This document shows, piece after piece, positions 42,607 through 51,920 of a stretch of 63,727 nucleotides of DNA. This stretch comes from Candidatus Fervidifonticultor quintus. Lineage in GTDB: Bacteria; Sysuimicrobiota; Sysuimicrobiia; Sysuimicrobiales; Humicultoraceae. Under the pieces are notes generated by a model. The model was not told the DNA's origin, made no database searches, and worked only from the letters and a program-made list of their open reading frames with translations. Numbering within the stretch: position 1 is the first letter of the stretch; each line of letters starts with the position of its first letter. Location: the NCBI GenBank assembly GCA_031459535.1, contig JAVKIJ010000007.1, positions 1-63,727 of the forward strand. Reading direction: 5' to 3'. The position numbers were made by a program, and so were the translations under genes.

Positions 42607-44124
42607 TCACTGCACCGCGATGTCTACAGCCGGGCGCATGACCGCCAGGGTCCCCAGGACCTCGTGGATCGGGTGGCGGCGAAACCGCTCGATGAGCGCC
42701 GGGTCACCGCCCCCACCGTCGGCGGCGGGGTAGGCGATCTGGGTCAGTTGAGCCTCAAAGCGCGGCCCCCACTTGCGGGTGCCCAAGCGCGCGGTCGTGG
42801 AGCAGTTGTCCACCATGTAGGCGACCCCCCGGGCATGCATGTAGGGCAGCAGCGAGTCCACCGCCTCGATGACCGACTCGTTGGCGATTTCCGAATACGG
42901 GTGGCCCCGCTCCGTCAGCAGGTCGATCTGGGCCATCATCGTGCCCAGGAACACGCCGGCCGTGAACGCGTGCACCTCGGCGCCCCGCCGCGCTCGCTGC
43001 CGTCGCACGTCGGCGCCCACCTTCCACATCCGGCTCCCTTCGATGGGAGGGATGGGATACTCGGCCAGCCGCCTGCCGGCCAGGATCACGCTGCGCAGTT
43101 CGTTGCCCGACTCGACCTCGTCGTAGATCTCGACCATCAGCGGCTTGGCCACCGCGTAGGCGGCCGTATACGCCCGCTCGAACTCGGCACGTTCGGAGGC
43201 GGCCAGGTCCTCGTAGACTCCCAGCAGCCCCCGCCGGGAGATGGTGCGCGCGATGGGTCCGGTGATGCTCTCGCAGGCGTGCACGAACGCTTCGTGTTCG
43301 GAGTAGCCCTGGGCCACGTACCGGCGGTAGAGGCTCTCCACGATGCCCCACACTGCGCCCAGCAGGATCGCCCGCTCGCCAAAGATGTCGGAGAGGTACT
43401 CGGACCGCAACGTGGTCTTGAAGGTATAGGGCGCGCCCAACCCGACCGACCAGGCCAGCGCGATGTCGGTGGCCCGGCCATCGAGATCTTGTTCGACGGC
43501 AAAGCTGGTGTTGATGCCGGCGCCGTTGGTCTCGCGGCCCTGCTCGTAGAGCCGTCGCACCGAGGGACCCATGCCTTTGGGGCAGACCCCGATGACGTTG
43601 ATGTGGGGAGGGAAGCGCTCGCCCATGTTGCGCAGGTGACCCAGCAGGAATCCGTGGGAGAGCCCCAGTGTGGCCCCGGGCCGCAGCGCGCCGAAGATCC
43701 GGGGGTAGAGGTCCGCCTGGGCGGCATCCGAGATCAGCAGGAGGACCAGGTCCGATCGGGCGATGACCTCGAACATCTCGCCGAGCGTCCCGTCGCCCTC
43801 GGTGAAGCCGACGCGGCGGGCCGCCTCGAAGGACGGCGAGCCCTCGCGCAGCCCCACCACCACGCGGATCGGCGTGCCGGCCAGCGTCTCGCGCAGGTTC
43901 TGCGCCTGCGCCGGGCCCTGGGAACCCCACCCGATGACGCCCACGGTGGCCATGCCCTCCAGCGCCCTGGGAATGAGCGGGAAGAGGTGCCGGCCGCCGC
44001 GCACGAACGACTCGCGCCGGCCAGCCAGTTCTAGCGTCTCAACGGGGAAGATGGCCGAGGTAAAGGTGTTGTCCACCCCGGGCGACGGGCGCGCGTCCCG
44101 GGAGGTCGTCGCCCCATCACTCAT
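42607..44124 (-). CDS. ilvC: Ketol-acid reductoisomerase, long (class II, plant-like) form
   Basis: GWGSQGPAQAQNL, LISDAAQ, CPKGMGPSVRRLY, SDIFGER, NESVIE, DNCSTTARLG; 505 aa. Confidence 0.93.
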   Translation of the reverse strand: MSDGATTSRDARPSPGVDNTFTSAIFPVETLELAGRRESFVRGGRHLFPLIPRALEGMATVGVIGWGSQGPAQAQNLRETLAGTPIRVVVGLREGSPSFEAARRVGFTEGDGTLGEMFEVIARSDLVLLLISDAAQADLYPRIFGALRPGATLGLSHGFLLGHLRNMGERFPPHINVIGVCPKGMGPSVRRLYEQGRETNGAGINTSFAVEQDLDGRATDIALAWSVGLGAPYTFKTTLRSEYLSDIFGERAILLGAVWGIVESLYRRYVAQGYSEHEAFVHACESITGPIARTISRRGLLGVYEDLAASERAEFERAYTAAYAVAKPLMVEIYDEVESGNELRSVILAGRRLAEYPIPPIEGSRMWKVGADVRRQRARRGAEVHAFTAGVFLGTMMAQIDLLTERGHPYSEIANESVIEAVDSLLPYMHARGVAYMVDNCSTTARLGTRKWGPRFEAQLTQIAYPAADGGGGDPALIERFRRHPIHEVLGTLAVMRPAVDIAVQ

Positions 44125-45841
44125 CGAGGATCATCTCCTTGACCGATTGACCCGAGGGGATCATCGGCAGGCAGTTCTCCTCGGGGTCACACAGGACGTC
44201 GACGACGCAGGGCCGCCCCTCGGTGGCCAGGGCCGCACGCAGCGCGGGTTCCACCTGCTCGGGCCGCTCGACGCGGATGCCGCGGCAGCCGAAGACCTCG
44301 GCCAGCTTGGCGAAGTCGGGGTTGCGCAGGATGGACGACGACAGCCGACCACGGTAGAAGAACGACTGCCACTGGCGCACCATCCCCAGCGCACCGTTGT
44401 TGAGGATGATGATGGGCAGGCTCAGTTCGTGCTCGGCCGCGGTGCCCAGGTCCTGGAGGGTCATCATGAAGCCGCCGTCGCCAACCACCGCGATGACCCC
44501 CCGGTCCGGCCGGGCGAACTTGGCGCCCATGGCGGCCGGGAAGCCGAAGCCCATGCAGCCCAGACCGCCCGAAGAGATGAAGCATCGCGGTTCCCGCGGT
44601 TGGTACCACTGGGCCATCCACATCTGGTGCTGGCCGACATCGGTGGTGACAATTGCCCGGCCGTCGGTGAGTCGGTTGAGCAGGTCGCACACGTACTGGG
44701 CGCTGATGCGGTCTTCACCCTGGCGGTAGCGGTACGGCTGCGCTCGGCGCCATTCGTCGATCTGGCGCCACCAGGCGTCAATGTGCGGAGGGCGCACCTG
44801 GGGGAGCAGCGCAGCCAGCACCCGTTTCGCGTCGCCGACAATGGGGATGTGGGCCGGCTTGTTCTTGCCGATCTCGGCCGCGTCAATGTCAATGTGGATG
44901 AAGCGCGCCCGCGGCGCGAAGTCCTGGAGCCGACCGGTCACCCGGTCGTCGAAGCGCACGCCGACCGCGAGGATCACATCGGCGTCGTTGATCGCCCAGT
45001 TGGCGTATGCTGACCCGTGCATGCCTACCATGCCCAGGCACCGGGCATCGCGCTCGTCCACAGCCCCCTTCCCCATGAGGGTCAGGACCACCGGGATGCC
45101 GGTGCGCTCCACCAGCGCGGTCAGTTCGGGGCTCGCTCCGGCAGTGATGATGCCGCCGCCGGCATAGATGACCGGCCGCTCGGCGTCGGCCAGCGCCTCG
45201 GCCGCCGCGGTAATCTGCCTGGGGCTGCCGTCCAGCGTGACCTTGTAGCTGGGGATCGAGATCCGATCGGGGAACTCGGGCGCCACCATCTCTTGAGAGA
45301 CGTCGCGCGGGATGTCCACCAGGACCGGGCCCGGCCGGCCGGTGCGTGCTAGGTAGAACGCGGTGTGGATGGCGATGGGGATGTCGCGGGCGTGCATGAC
45401 CAGCGTGTTGTGCTTGGTGATGGGCATGGTGATGCCGGTGACGTCGGCTTCCTGGAACGCGTCGTTGCCGATGACCGGCCGCGCGACCTGCCCGGTGATG
45501 GCCACAATGGGGATGGAGTCCATCATGGCATCGGTGATTCCGGTGACCAGGTTGGTGGCCCCGGGGCCAGAGGTCGCGGTGCAGACGCCGACGGTCCCCG
45601 AGGCGCGCGCATAGCCCACCGCAGCGTGGGCCGCAACCTGCTCGTGCCGGCAGAGCACGTGGCGGATCGAGTCGTGGTCGTAGATCGCGTCGTAGATCGG
45701 CAGCGACGCACCTCCGGGGTGCCCGAAGATGATCTGGACGCCCTCGCGCCGGAGCGCTTCCATGAGCACCTGGGCGCCATTCATCAGCCGGGCCCCAGGG
45801 GTCTGGCGCGTCGTGCGCGGCGCCGTCATCGCTCTGGCCAT
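44117..45841 (-). CDS. ilvB: Acetolactate synthase large subunit
   Basis: RHEQ, TSGPGATN, DVGQHQMW, GDGGF..NNG TPP-binding motif, GMVRQWQ. Confidence 0.96.
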   Translation of the reverse strand: MARAMTAPRTTRQTPGARLMNGAQVLMEALRREGVQIIFGHPGGASLPIYDAIYDHDSIRHVLCRHEQVAAHAAVGYARASGTVGVCTATSGPGATNLVTGITDAMMDSIPIVAITGQVARPVIGNDAFQEADVTGITMPITKHNTLVMHARDIPIAIHTAFYLARTGRPGPVLVDIPRDVSQEMVAPEFPDRISIPSYKVTLDGSPRQITAAAEALADAERPVIYAGGGIITAGASPELTALVERTGIPVVLTLMGKGAVDERDARCLGMVGMHGSAYANWAINDADVILAVGVRFDDRVTGRLQDFAPRARFIHIDIDAAEIGKNKPAHIPIVGDAKRVLAALLPQVRPPHIDAWWRQIDEWRRAQPYRYRQGEDRISAQYVCDLLNRLTDGRAIVTTDVGQHQMWMAQWYQPREPRCFISSGGLGCMGFGFPAAMGAKFARPDRGVIAVVGDGGFMMTLQDLGTAAEHELSLPIIILNNGALGMVRQWQSFFYRGRLSSSILRNPDFAKLAEVFGCRGIRVERPEQVEPALRAALATEGRPCVVDVLCDPEENCLPMIPSGQSVKEMILDE

Positions 45842-45897
45842 TGCGGTCCCTCCTCATCTGCGATCCGCCGGCGGCTGACCGCCGGCTGCGCGTCCCA

Positions 45898-46145
45898 GAC
45901 AAACACGAACGGGAGCCATCCCAAGGACGAGATGCTCCCGCGGTACCACCTTAGTTCCCCGCCGGCGTCATGGCCGGGGGGCGCTCGAACCCGTATCGGG
46001 GGCAACCGGCGGACCCTACTGGCCTCGTCTACGAGGATTCGTGTCCGCGGCTCGGGGGCGAGTTTCAGCAGGGGCGGAGACCGGCTCGCACCGTACCCGG
46101 CTCGCTCACTCGCGCGAGCCTGCCTACTTGTCCCGTCATCGCCTG
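45898..46145 (-). ncRNA. T-box riboswitch with Leu specifier (CUC) and transcription terminator
   Basis: Stem I with AGTA, GAGCGAG, GGTGCGA and GAAA-CTC-G specifier (46060-46062); T-box AAGGTGGTACCGCG (about 45939-45952); terminator CGGGAGC...GCTCCCG-TTCGTGTTT. Confidence 0.92.
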
Positions 46146-46184
46146 CGCGACCAGGCGCGCTAGCGTGTTCCTGGTATCCGGTAT

Positions 46185-46232
46185 GAAAGAACCTGAGCGA
46201 TAGGCACCGGCGAGGAACCTATCCCCCAGGCT
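46185..46232 (-). terminator. Intrinsic terminator overlapping the 3' half of the ykkC aptamer
   Basis: CCTGGGGGATAGG...CCTATCGCTCAGG stem followed by TTCTTTC. Confidence 0.75.
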
Positions 46233-46325
46233 TCTATCCTGCGGGTGTAACGGCGGTTACGCCGCCTGCGCCGCTTGGACCAGACCGGTCCTGATGAGAC
46301 CGCGGAACCCTAGGCGCACTCCCTC
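46212..46325 (-). ncRNA. ykkC-motif riboswitch, probably subtype 2a (ppGpp)
   Basis: GAGGGAGTGCGCCTAGGGTTCCG...CTGGTCCAAGCGGCGC...ACACCCGCAGGATAGAAGCCTGGGGGATAGGTTCCTC; hallmark CTAGGGTTCC and GGTCCRAG elements, P3 hairpin, closing GAGGGA/TTCCTC stem; upstream of a BCAA operon. Confidence 0.85.
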
Positions 46326-46365
46326 GAGCACCGCAACAACGCGCCGCCCAGTAAATGTAACTTGT

Positions 46366-46394
46366 AGGCTAGCAAGTACCGGGCGCGGTGTCAA
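46366..46394 (-). promoter_or_regulatory. Sigma70-type promoter of the ilv-leu leader
   Basis: TTGACA-17 nt-TAGCCT with an extended TG. Confidence 0.75.
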
Positions 46395-46517
46395 GCGCGG
46401 GAATGCCGGAGCGGCCAGGAATGCGCCGTGGGACGGTCTCCCCAGGCCGAGAGTCTCACACGTCTTGGGTGCTCAGCTGCGGGGCATAACCCGGTGTGTA
46501 TTAGGAAAGGGGTCCAC

Positions 46518-46700
46518 ATGGTGCCGGCGGCCGCTCATCTGCGCAGGCAGCAACTGTTGGCTGTCAGCCTCGTCGTGATGGCGTTGGGCTGGGCGCTGGC
46601 GCTGCGCGCGCTTGCCCTGCTGCACGCGTGGGCGCCTGCGGCAGGCCTCGGCTTCCTGGCCCTGGTCGGCTGGGGCGTGGTCCGCCTGGCCCGCATCTAG
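46518..46700 (+). CDS. Small membrane protein (60 aa)
   Basis: RBS GGAAAGGGG; two hydrophobic segments. Confidence 0.55.
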   Translation: MVPAAAHLRRQQLLAVSLVVMALGWALALRALALLHAWAPAAGLGFLALVGWGVVRLARI

Positions 46701-46739
46701 ACCTGGGGCCCCGAAGCAGGAAGTCCGAACCACCGGCGT

Positions 46740-46753
46740 CGAACCTGTGTTCG
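46740..46753. promoter_or_regulatory. LexA SOS box (Gram-positive type CGAAC-N4-GTTCG)
   Basis: CGAACCTGTGTTCG, 27 nt upstream of a DNA-repair helicase ATG. Confidence 0.75.
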
Positions 46754-46780
46754 CATCCTGTTGGCAGGTTCGACGCCGGC

Positions 46781-49048
46781 ATGACCCTCGAGCAGATTCT
46801 CGCCGCCTTCCGCCGCGACCCGACCTTCGCCCGCCACATCACGGCGTGGCGCGAGATCCCCCCTCGGCCGGGGAAGTTCGTACCTATCCCCTCCGAAGTC
46901 GACCCGCGCCTGGCCGGAGCGCTGCGGCGCCGGGGCATCAGCGCGCTCTACAGCCACCAGGCCGAGGCCTTCGAGGTCGTCCGCTCGGACCGCCACCTGG
47001 TGGTGGTGACACCCACGGCGTCGGGCAAGACGCTATGCTACAACCTGCCGGTGCTGAACACCCTGCTGGCCGAACCCCACAGTCGCGCGCTGTACCTGTT
47101 TCCCACCAAGGCCCTCTCCATGGACCAGGTGGACGAGGTGCTGGGCCTGGTGCGCGCTCTGGAGGTGGACATCAAGGCCTACACCTACGACGGCGACACG
47201 CCCGGCGACGCGCGGCGCGCCATCCGCAGCGCGGGCCACATCGTGGTCACCAACCCCGACATGCTGCACGCCGCCATCCTGCCCCACCACACCAAGTGGC
47301 TGCGCCTGTTCGAAAACCTGAGGTACGTGGTGATCGACGAACTCCACACGTACCGCGGCCTCTTCGGCAGCCACCTGGCCAACGTGTTGCGGCGACTGCG
47401 CCGCATCTGCCGCTTCTACGGCAGCCGCCCGCAGATCATCTGTGCCTCGGCCACCATCGGCAACCCCCGTGAGCTGGCCGAGCGCCTGATCGAGGACAAG
47501 GTAGTGTTGATTGATGACAACGGCGCGCCGCTTGGCCCGAAGGTCGTGGCCTTCTACAACCCGCCGGTCGTCAACCGCGAGCTCGGCATCCGGCGCGACG
47601 CGCTCGCCGAGGCCCAGCGGCTGGCCACCGAGTTCATCCGCAACCGGATTCCCCTCATCGCTTTCGCGCGAAGCCGGCGCGCCGCCGAACTGCTCACCAC
47701 CGGGTTCAGGGCCCTGGCAGCAGCGCACCATCTTGCGCCCGACCGCATCGCCGGCTACCGCGCGGGCTACCTGCCCTCCGAGCGCCGCGCGATCGAGGAG
47801 GGGCTGCGGACGGGCCAGGTGCTGGCTGTGGCGGCCACGAACGCGCTGGAGCTGGGCATTGACATCGGCCGGCTCCAGGCCGCGCTGCTGGTGGGCTATC
47901 CCGGCACGATCGCCTCGACCTGGCAGCAGGCCGGACGGGCTGGCCGCACCCAGGACCTCTCGGCGGCCATCTTGATCGCCACCAGCGACCCGCTCGACCA
48001 GTACATCGTGCGGCACCCCGAGTACTTCTTCGGCCGGCCGCCCGAGGCCGGGCTGGTGAACCCGGACAACCTCTACGTGCTGACCAGCCACGTGCGCTGC
48101 GCGGCCTTCGAACTGCCCATGGACGACGGTGAACGCTTCGGCCCCAGCACGCTGCCCGAGATCCTCGACTACCTGCAGACGCAGCAGATCGTGCACCACG
48201 AAGAGCACCGCTGGCACTATGTGGCCGACGCCTACCCCGCCCAGGATGTCTCGCTGCGCAGCGCCTCCACCGAGAACGTGGTCATCATCGACCAGACCGA
48301 CCCGTCCCCACGCGTGATTGGCGAGGTGGATCTGGCCAGCGCGCCCGGCCTGGTCCACGAGGACGCCATCTACATGCACCTGGGCCAGCAGTACCACGTG
48401 GACCGCCTGGCATGGGAGGAGCGCAAGGCGTACGTCCACCGGGTCAACGTGGACTACTACACCACGGCGCAGATCGCCACCGACATCCGGGTGCTGGCCG
48501 AGTTCGCGCGGGGCGAAGGGTCACCGCCGCCGGCTCACGGCGAGGTGGCGGTGACCTACCGGCCGACGATCTTCAAGAAGCTGACGCTGGAGCGGCACGA
48601 GAACGTCGGGTGGGGCCCGATCCACCTGCCTGAGGCGACGCTGCACACGACCGCATACTGGCTGGCGCTGCCCGACCTCGACGTCCCCCACGACGAGATC
48701 CAGGGCGTGCTGGTCGGGCTGTCCCACGCCCTGGCGCACGTGGCCGCGCTGTTCCTCATGTGCGATCCACGCGACCTGGGTCGCGCCTATGAGGTGCGCT
48801 CGCCGCACACCGGCCAGCCGACCGTCTACCTCTACGACACGTGCCCCGGGGGCGTGGGGTTCGCCGAACGGCTGGCCCGCATGCACGGCCACGTGCTGGC
48901 CGCCGCGCGCGACCTGATCGCCGCGTGCCCGTGCGAGGCCGGTTGCCCCTCGTGCGTCGGGCCGGTGCTCGAGGTGGGCAAGGCAGGCAAGACCCGCGCC
49001 CTCCAGGTCCTCGACGCACGCCTCGTCCCCGGCGCGGCGGGACGGTGA
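46781..49048 (+). CDS. mrfA: DEAH-box helicase with C-terminal DUF1998 (MrfA/YprA/SftH-like)
   Basis: LYSHQ, TPTASGKT, DELH, SAT, NALELGIDIG, QQAGRAGR, CPCEAGCPSC. Confidence 0.88.
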   Translation: MTLEQILAAFRRDPTFARHITAWREIPPRPGKFVPIPSEVDPRLAGALRRRGISALYSHQAEAFEVVRSDRHLVVVTPTASGKTLCYNLPVLNTLLAEPHSRALYLFPTKALSMDQVDEVLGLVRALEVDIKAYTYDGDTPGDARRAIRSAGHIVVTNPDMLHAAILPHHTKWLRLFENLRYVVIDELHTYRGLFGSHLANVLRRLRRICRFYGSRPQIICASATIGNPRELAERLIEDKVVLIDDNGAPLGPKVVAFYNPPVVNRELGIRRDALAEAQRLATEFIRNRIPLIAFARSRRAAELLTTGFRALAAAHHLAPDRIAGYRAGYLPSERRAIEEGLRTGQVLAVAATNALELGIDIGRLQAALLVGYPGTIASTWQQAGRAGRTQDLSAAILIATSDPLDQYIVRHPEYFFGRPPEAGLVNPDNLYVLTSHVRCAAFELPMDDGERFGPSTLPEILDYLQTQQIVHHEEHRWHYVADAYPAQDVSLRSASTENVVIIDQTDPSPRVIGEVDLASAPGLVHEDAIYMHLGQQYHVDRLAWEERKAYVHRVNVDYYTTAQIATDIRVLAEFARGEGSPPPAHGEVAVTYRPTIFKKLTLERHENVGWGPIHLPEATLHTTAYWLALPDLDVPHDEIQGVLVGLSHALAHVAALFLMCDPRDLGRAYEVRSPHTGQPTVYLYDTCPGGVGFAERLARMHGHVLAAARDLIAACPCEAGCPSCVGPVLEVGKAGKTRALQVLDARLVPGAAGR

Positions 49049-49052
49049 GGCG

Positions 49053-50177
49053 ATGGCCGACCGCGGCCCGGCCTTCGAAGTCCGGCGCTGCGTGCGCGCG
49101 GCCCAGGACGTTTTCGGCCGGGACCAACCGCACGCCGCCGATGCCGGCGCGCTGTTCCTCGACACCGAGACCACAGGGCTGGCCGGGGGCACGGGCACGA
49201 CACCCTTCCTGATCGGCCTGGCCACCGTGGACGATGGGGTCGTGATCTGCGAACAGTACTTCCTCCGGCGGCTCTCCGGAGAGCCTGCCATGCTCGAGGC
49301 GCTGCGCCGCCTCCTCAGCGGGGCCCAGACGCTGGTCACGTTCAACGGACGGCGTTTCGACTGGCCGATCCTGGAAGCGCGGTTCGTGATGAGCCGCATC
49401 CCCCTGGATCCGCCGGCAGAGCACGCCGACCTGATCGGCGTAGGGCGGCGGCTGTGGTACCGGGCGCTCGGCACCTACCGGCTGACCGCCATCGAGCGAC
49501 ATGTGCTGGGGATCGAGCGGGCCGACGACATCGACGCCGCCCGAATTCCCGGCCTGTATCTCGACTACCTGCGCACGGGCGATCCGCAGCCGCTTCAGCC
49601 CGTCTTCGCCCACAATCTGCAGGACGTGCTCTGCCTGCTGCACCTGCGCCACCGCGCCCGGCGCTGGATCAGCGGCGGCGAAGACCCTCCCGCGCCAGTG
49701 GATTGGGAGGGTCTGGCGGTCCTGAGGCTGCAGGCGCGCATCGAGGGGCGCGCGCTGGAGGCGCTACGCCGGGCGCTCGACGTGGAGGACGAGCCGGCCG
49801 TGCGCTGGCGCATCGCCGTGCGGATCGCGCGGATCCTGCGGTCGGCCGGCCGCTGGGAGGAGCTGCTAGACCTGTGGGAGCATGAGGTCGGCGGCCGGGG
49901 CGCATGGCGCGCCCGGGCGCTGATCGAGACCGCGAAGGTCTGCGAACACCGGCTCCGGCAGCCCACCCGGGCGCTGACCGCGCTGGAGGAAGCGTCGGCG
50001 GTCACTGAATGGCTGATGCTGACCGGCGAGCCGCAGGCGGGCGCGCTCGACGACGAGGTGCGCGCGCGTCTGGCGCGGCTGCGCCACCGGATGGCCCGCC
50101 CGGCGCTCGCCCCAGAGACCCGACAGCTTCAGCCCAGCCCGGCCGCCCTCTCGACGAACCGGGCGATGGCCGAGTGA
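49053..50177 (+). CDS. mrfB: RNase H-like (RNase_H_2) exonuclease with TPR-like C-terminus (MrfB/YprB-like)
   Basis: FLDTETTGLAGGTG, TFNGRRFD, HNLQDV; adjacent to the DUF1998 helicase. Confidence 0.82.
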   Translation: MADRGPAFEVRRCVRAAQDVFGRDQPHAADAGALFLDTETTGLAGGTGTTPFLIGLATVDDGVVICEQYFLRRLSGEPAMLEALRRLLSGAQTLVTFNGRRFDWPILEARFVMSRIPLDPPAEHADLIGVGRRLWYRALGTYRLTAIERHVLGIERADDIDAARIPGLYLDYLRTGDPQPLQPVFAHNLQDVLCLLHLRHRARRWISGGEDPPAPVDWEGLAVLRLQARIEGRALEALRRALDVEDEPAVRWRIAVRIARILRSAGRWEELLDLWEHEVGGRGAWRARALIETAKVCEHRLRQPTRALTALEEASAVTEWLMLTGEPQAGALDDEVRARLARLRHRMARPALAPETRQLQPSPAALSTNRAMAE

Positions 50178-51013
50178 TCCAGCTCGCCGTCGCCCTGAGC
50201 CATCAGCGTATTGAGCACTTCGTGCATCAGCGCAGTGGCGTACAGCGGGACGCCGTGCGCCTTGCCGGTGGCCAGCGCGATCCCCAGGTCCTTGATGTGC
50301 AGGCGGATGCGGAAGCCCGGCTCGAAGGCCCGGTCCAGGATCCGCTGGCCGTGGAGCTCCAGGATGCGGCTGTGGGCGAACCCGCCCATGAGCGCCTGGC
50401 GGACCCTGGCGGGATCCACGCCCGCCTTCCGGGCCAGGGTCAGCGCCTCGGCCACTGCCATGATATTGAGGGCGACGATGATCTGATTGGCCGCTTTGGT
50501 CACCTGCCCGGCCCCCGGGTCCTCGGCGATGTGGGTGATGTTCTTGCCCATGGCCTGGAAGAGGGGTAGCACCCGGTCGAAGGCCTCCTTCGGCCCGCCC
50601 ACCATGATCGAGAGGGTCGCCTCGATGGCTCCCTTCTGCCCGCCGCTCACCGGCGCGTCCAGCGCCGGTACGCCCCTGGTTTTCATGGCGTCGAACACCT
50701 TGCGGCTCGTGATCGGTGAGATGGTGCTCATGTCCACGAAGACCTGGCCCGCGCGCACGCCTTCCAGCACCCCGCCTGCGCCGAAGACCACTTCCTCCAC
50801 CTGGGGCGAGTCGGGCAACATGGTGATGATCACGTCGCTGGCCTCGGCGACCGCCCTGGCCGACCCGCCGGCCGTGGCGCCAGCAGCGACGAGCTCGTCC
50901 ACGGCCGCTTTGACGATGTCGTGCACCACCAGCGAATGGCCTGCCTTCAGCAGGTTGTGGGACATGGGCTTGCCCATGATCCCTAGACCAATGAACCCGA
51001 TCCGTTCCGCCAT
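50129..51013 (-). CDS. glxR: 2-hydroxy-3-oxopropionate (tartronate semialdehyde) reductase
   Basis: FIGLGIMGKPM, DMST, DAPVSGG, KAANQ, HIKDL. Confidence 0.88.
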   Translation of the reverse strand: MAERIGFIGLGIMGKPMSHNLLKAGHSLVVHDIVKAAVDELVAAGATAGGSARAVAEASDVIITMLPDSPQVEEVVFGAGGVLEGVRAGQVFVDMSTISPITSRKVFDAMKTRGVPALDAPVSGGQKGAIEATLSIMVGGPKEAFDRVLPLFQAMGKNITHIAEDPGAGQVTKAANQIIVALNIMAVAEALTLARKAGVDPARVRQALMGGFAHSRILELHGQRILDRAFEPGFRIRLHIKDLGIALATGKAHGVPLYATALMHEVLNTLMAQGDGELDHSAIARFVERAAGLG

Positions 51014-51031
51014 CTCGTCCCTCCTTGACCG

Positions 51032-51820
51032 CTATCCGCGGGTGTAGCCCATCTCCTCGATCCAACCCAACGACTCGTCGGTGTCGCCGGTGGGTTGATA
51101 CTCCAACCCCACCTCACCCATGTAGTCCGTGCGGTCGATGACTCGAAACAGATAGGGGAAATTGATCTCGCCCGTACCGGGCTGGTTCCGGTCGGGCGCG
51201 TCCGCCACCTGGATGTGGCCGATCCGACCGATGTTGGTCCGAATGGTGTGGGTGAGGTTGCCCTCCATGCGCTGGGCGTGGAACACGTCGTACTGCACCT
51301 TGAAGTTGGCGGCGCCCACCGCGTCCTGAACCTGAAAGGCCTCGGTCGACGTGCGGATGAAGAAGCCGGGGATGGTGAACGTGTTGATCGGCTCGATCAG
51401 CAGGACTAGGCCGACCTTCTCGAACTCGGCGGCGGCGTACTTGAGGTTGTCCACCAGGCAGGCCCACTGCTCGGTGACCGGCACGTGCTCGAGCTGTTTG
51501 CCGACCAGGCAGTTGACGCGCGGGCAGCCCAGGCGTTGGGCCACGTCCACGGCCAGGCGCACCCCCTCGCGGAACTCGGCGCGGCGGGCGGGATCGACCG
51601 CGATGCCGCGGTCGCCCGCGGCCCAGTTGCCGGCCGGGAGGTTGAAGAGGACCTGGCGCAGGCCCAGCCGGCGCAGTTCGCGGGCGATCTCGTCGATGTC
51701 CTCCGCGTAGGGAAACATGTACTCCACCGCCCTGAACCCGGCGCGCGCCGCCGCATCGAAGCGGGCCATGAAGGGGCGGTCGGTCCACAGGAACGTCAAG
51801 TTGGCTGCAAAGCGCGGCAT
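51032..51820 (-). CDS. hyi: Hydroxypyruvate isomerase
   Basis: MPRFAANL, IEPIN, YDVFHAQRMEG, HIQVAD.P.R..PGTGEIN. Confidence 0.92.
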   Translation of the reverse strand: MPRFAANLTFLWTDRPFMARFDAAARAGFRAVEYMFPYAEDIDEIARELRRLGLRQVLFNLPAGNWAAGDRGIAVDPARRAEFREGVRLAVDVAQRLGCPRVNCLVGKQLEHVPVTEQWACLVDNLKYAAAEFEKVGLVLLIEPINTFTIPGFFIRTSTEAFQVQDAVGAANFKVQYDVFHAQRMEGNLTHTIRTNIGRIGHIQVADAPDRNQPGTGEINFPYLFRVIDRTDYMGEVGLEYQPTGDTDESLGWIEEMGYTRG

Positions 51821-51920
51821 CTGCACCTCCCATCGCGGGTCTGGGTCTGTGCAGGATATTCGACGCCAACGGGGCAGGCCCTGGACGCGCGGGGCTACAC
51901 TGGTGGCAGGAGGGATCGAC

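Noticed and set aside
46212-46325. Guanidine-I riboswitch assignment
   Set aside because: Downstream genes are BCAA synthesis rather than guanidine efflux or carboxylase, and the aptamer has an extra closing stem and 3' extension
46781-50177. DISARM/Druantia-like defence system suggested by the DUF1998 helicase
   Set aside because: No methylase, DrmA/DrmD or PLD partners; pairing with the YprB-like exonuclease and an SOS box fits MrfAB repair
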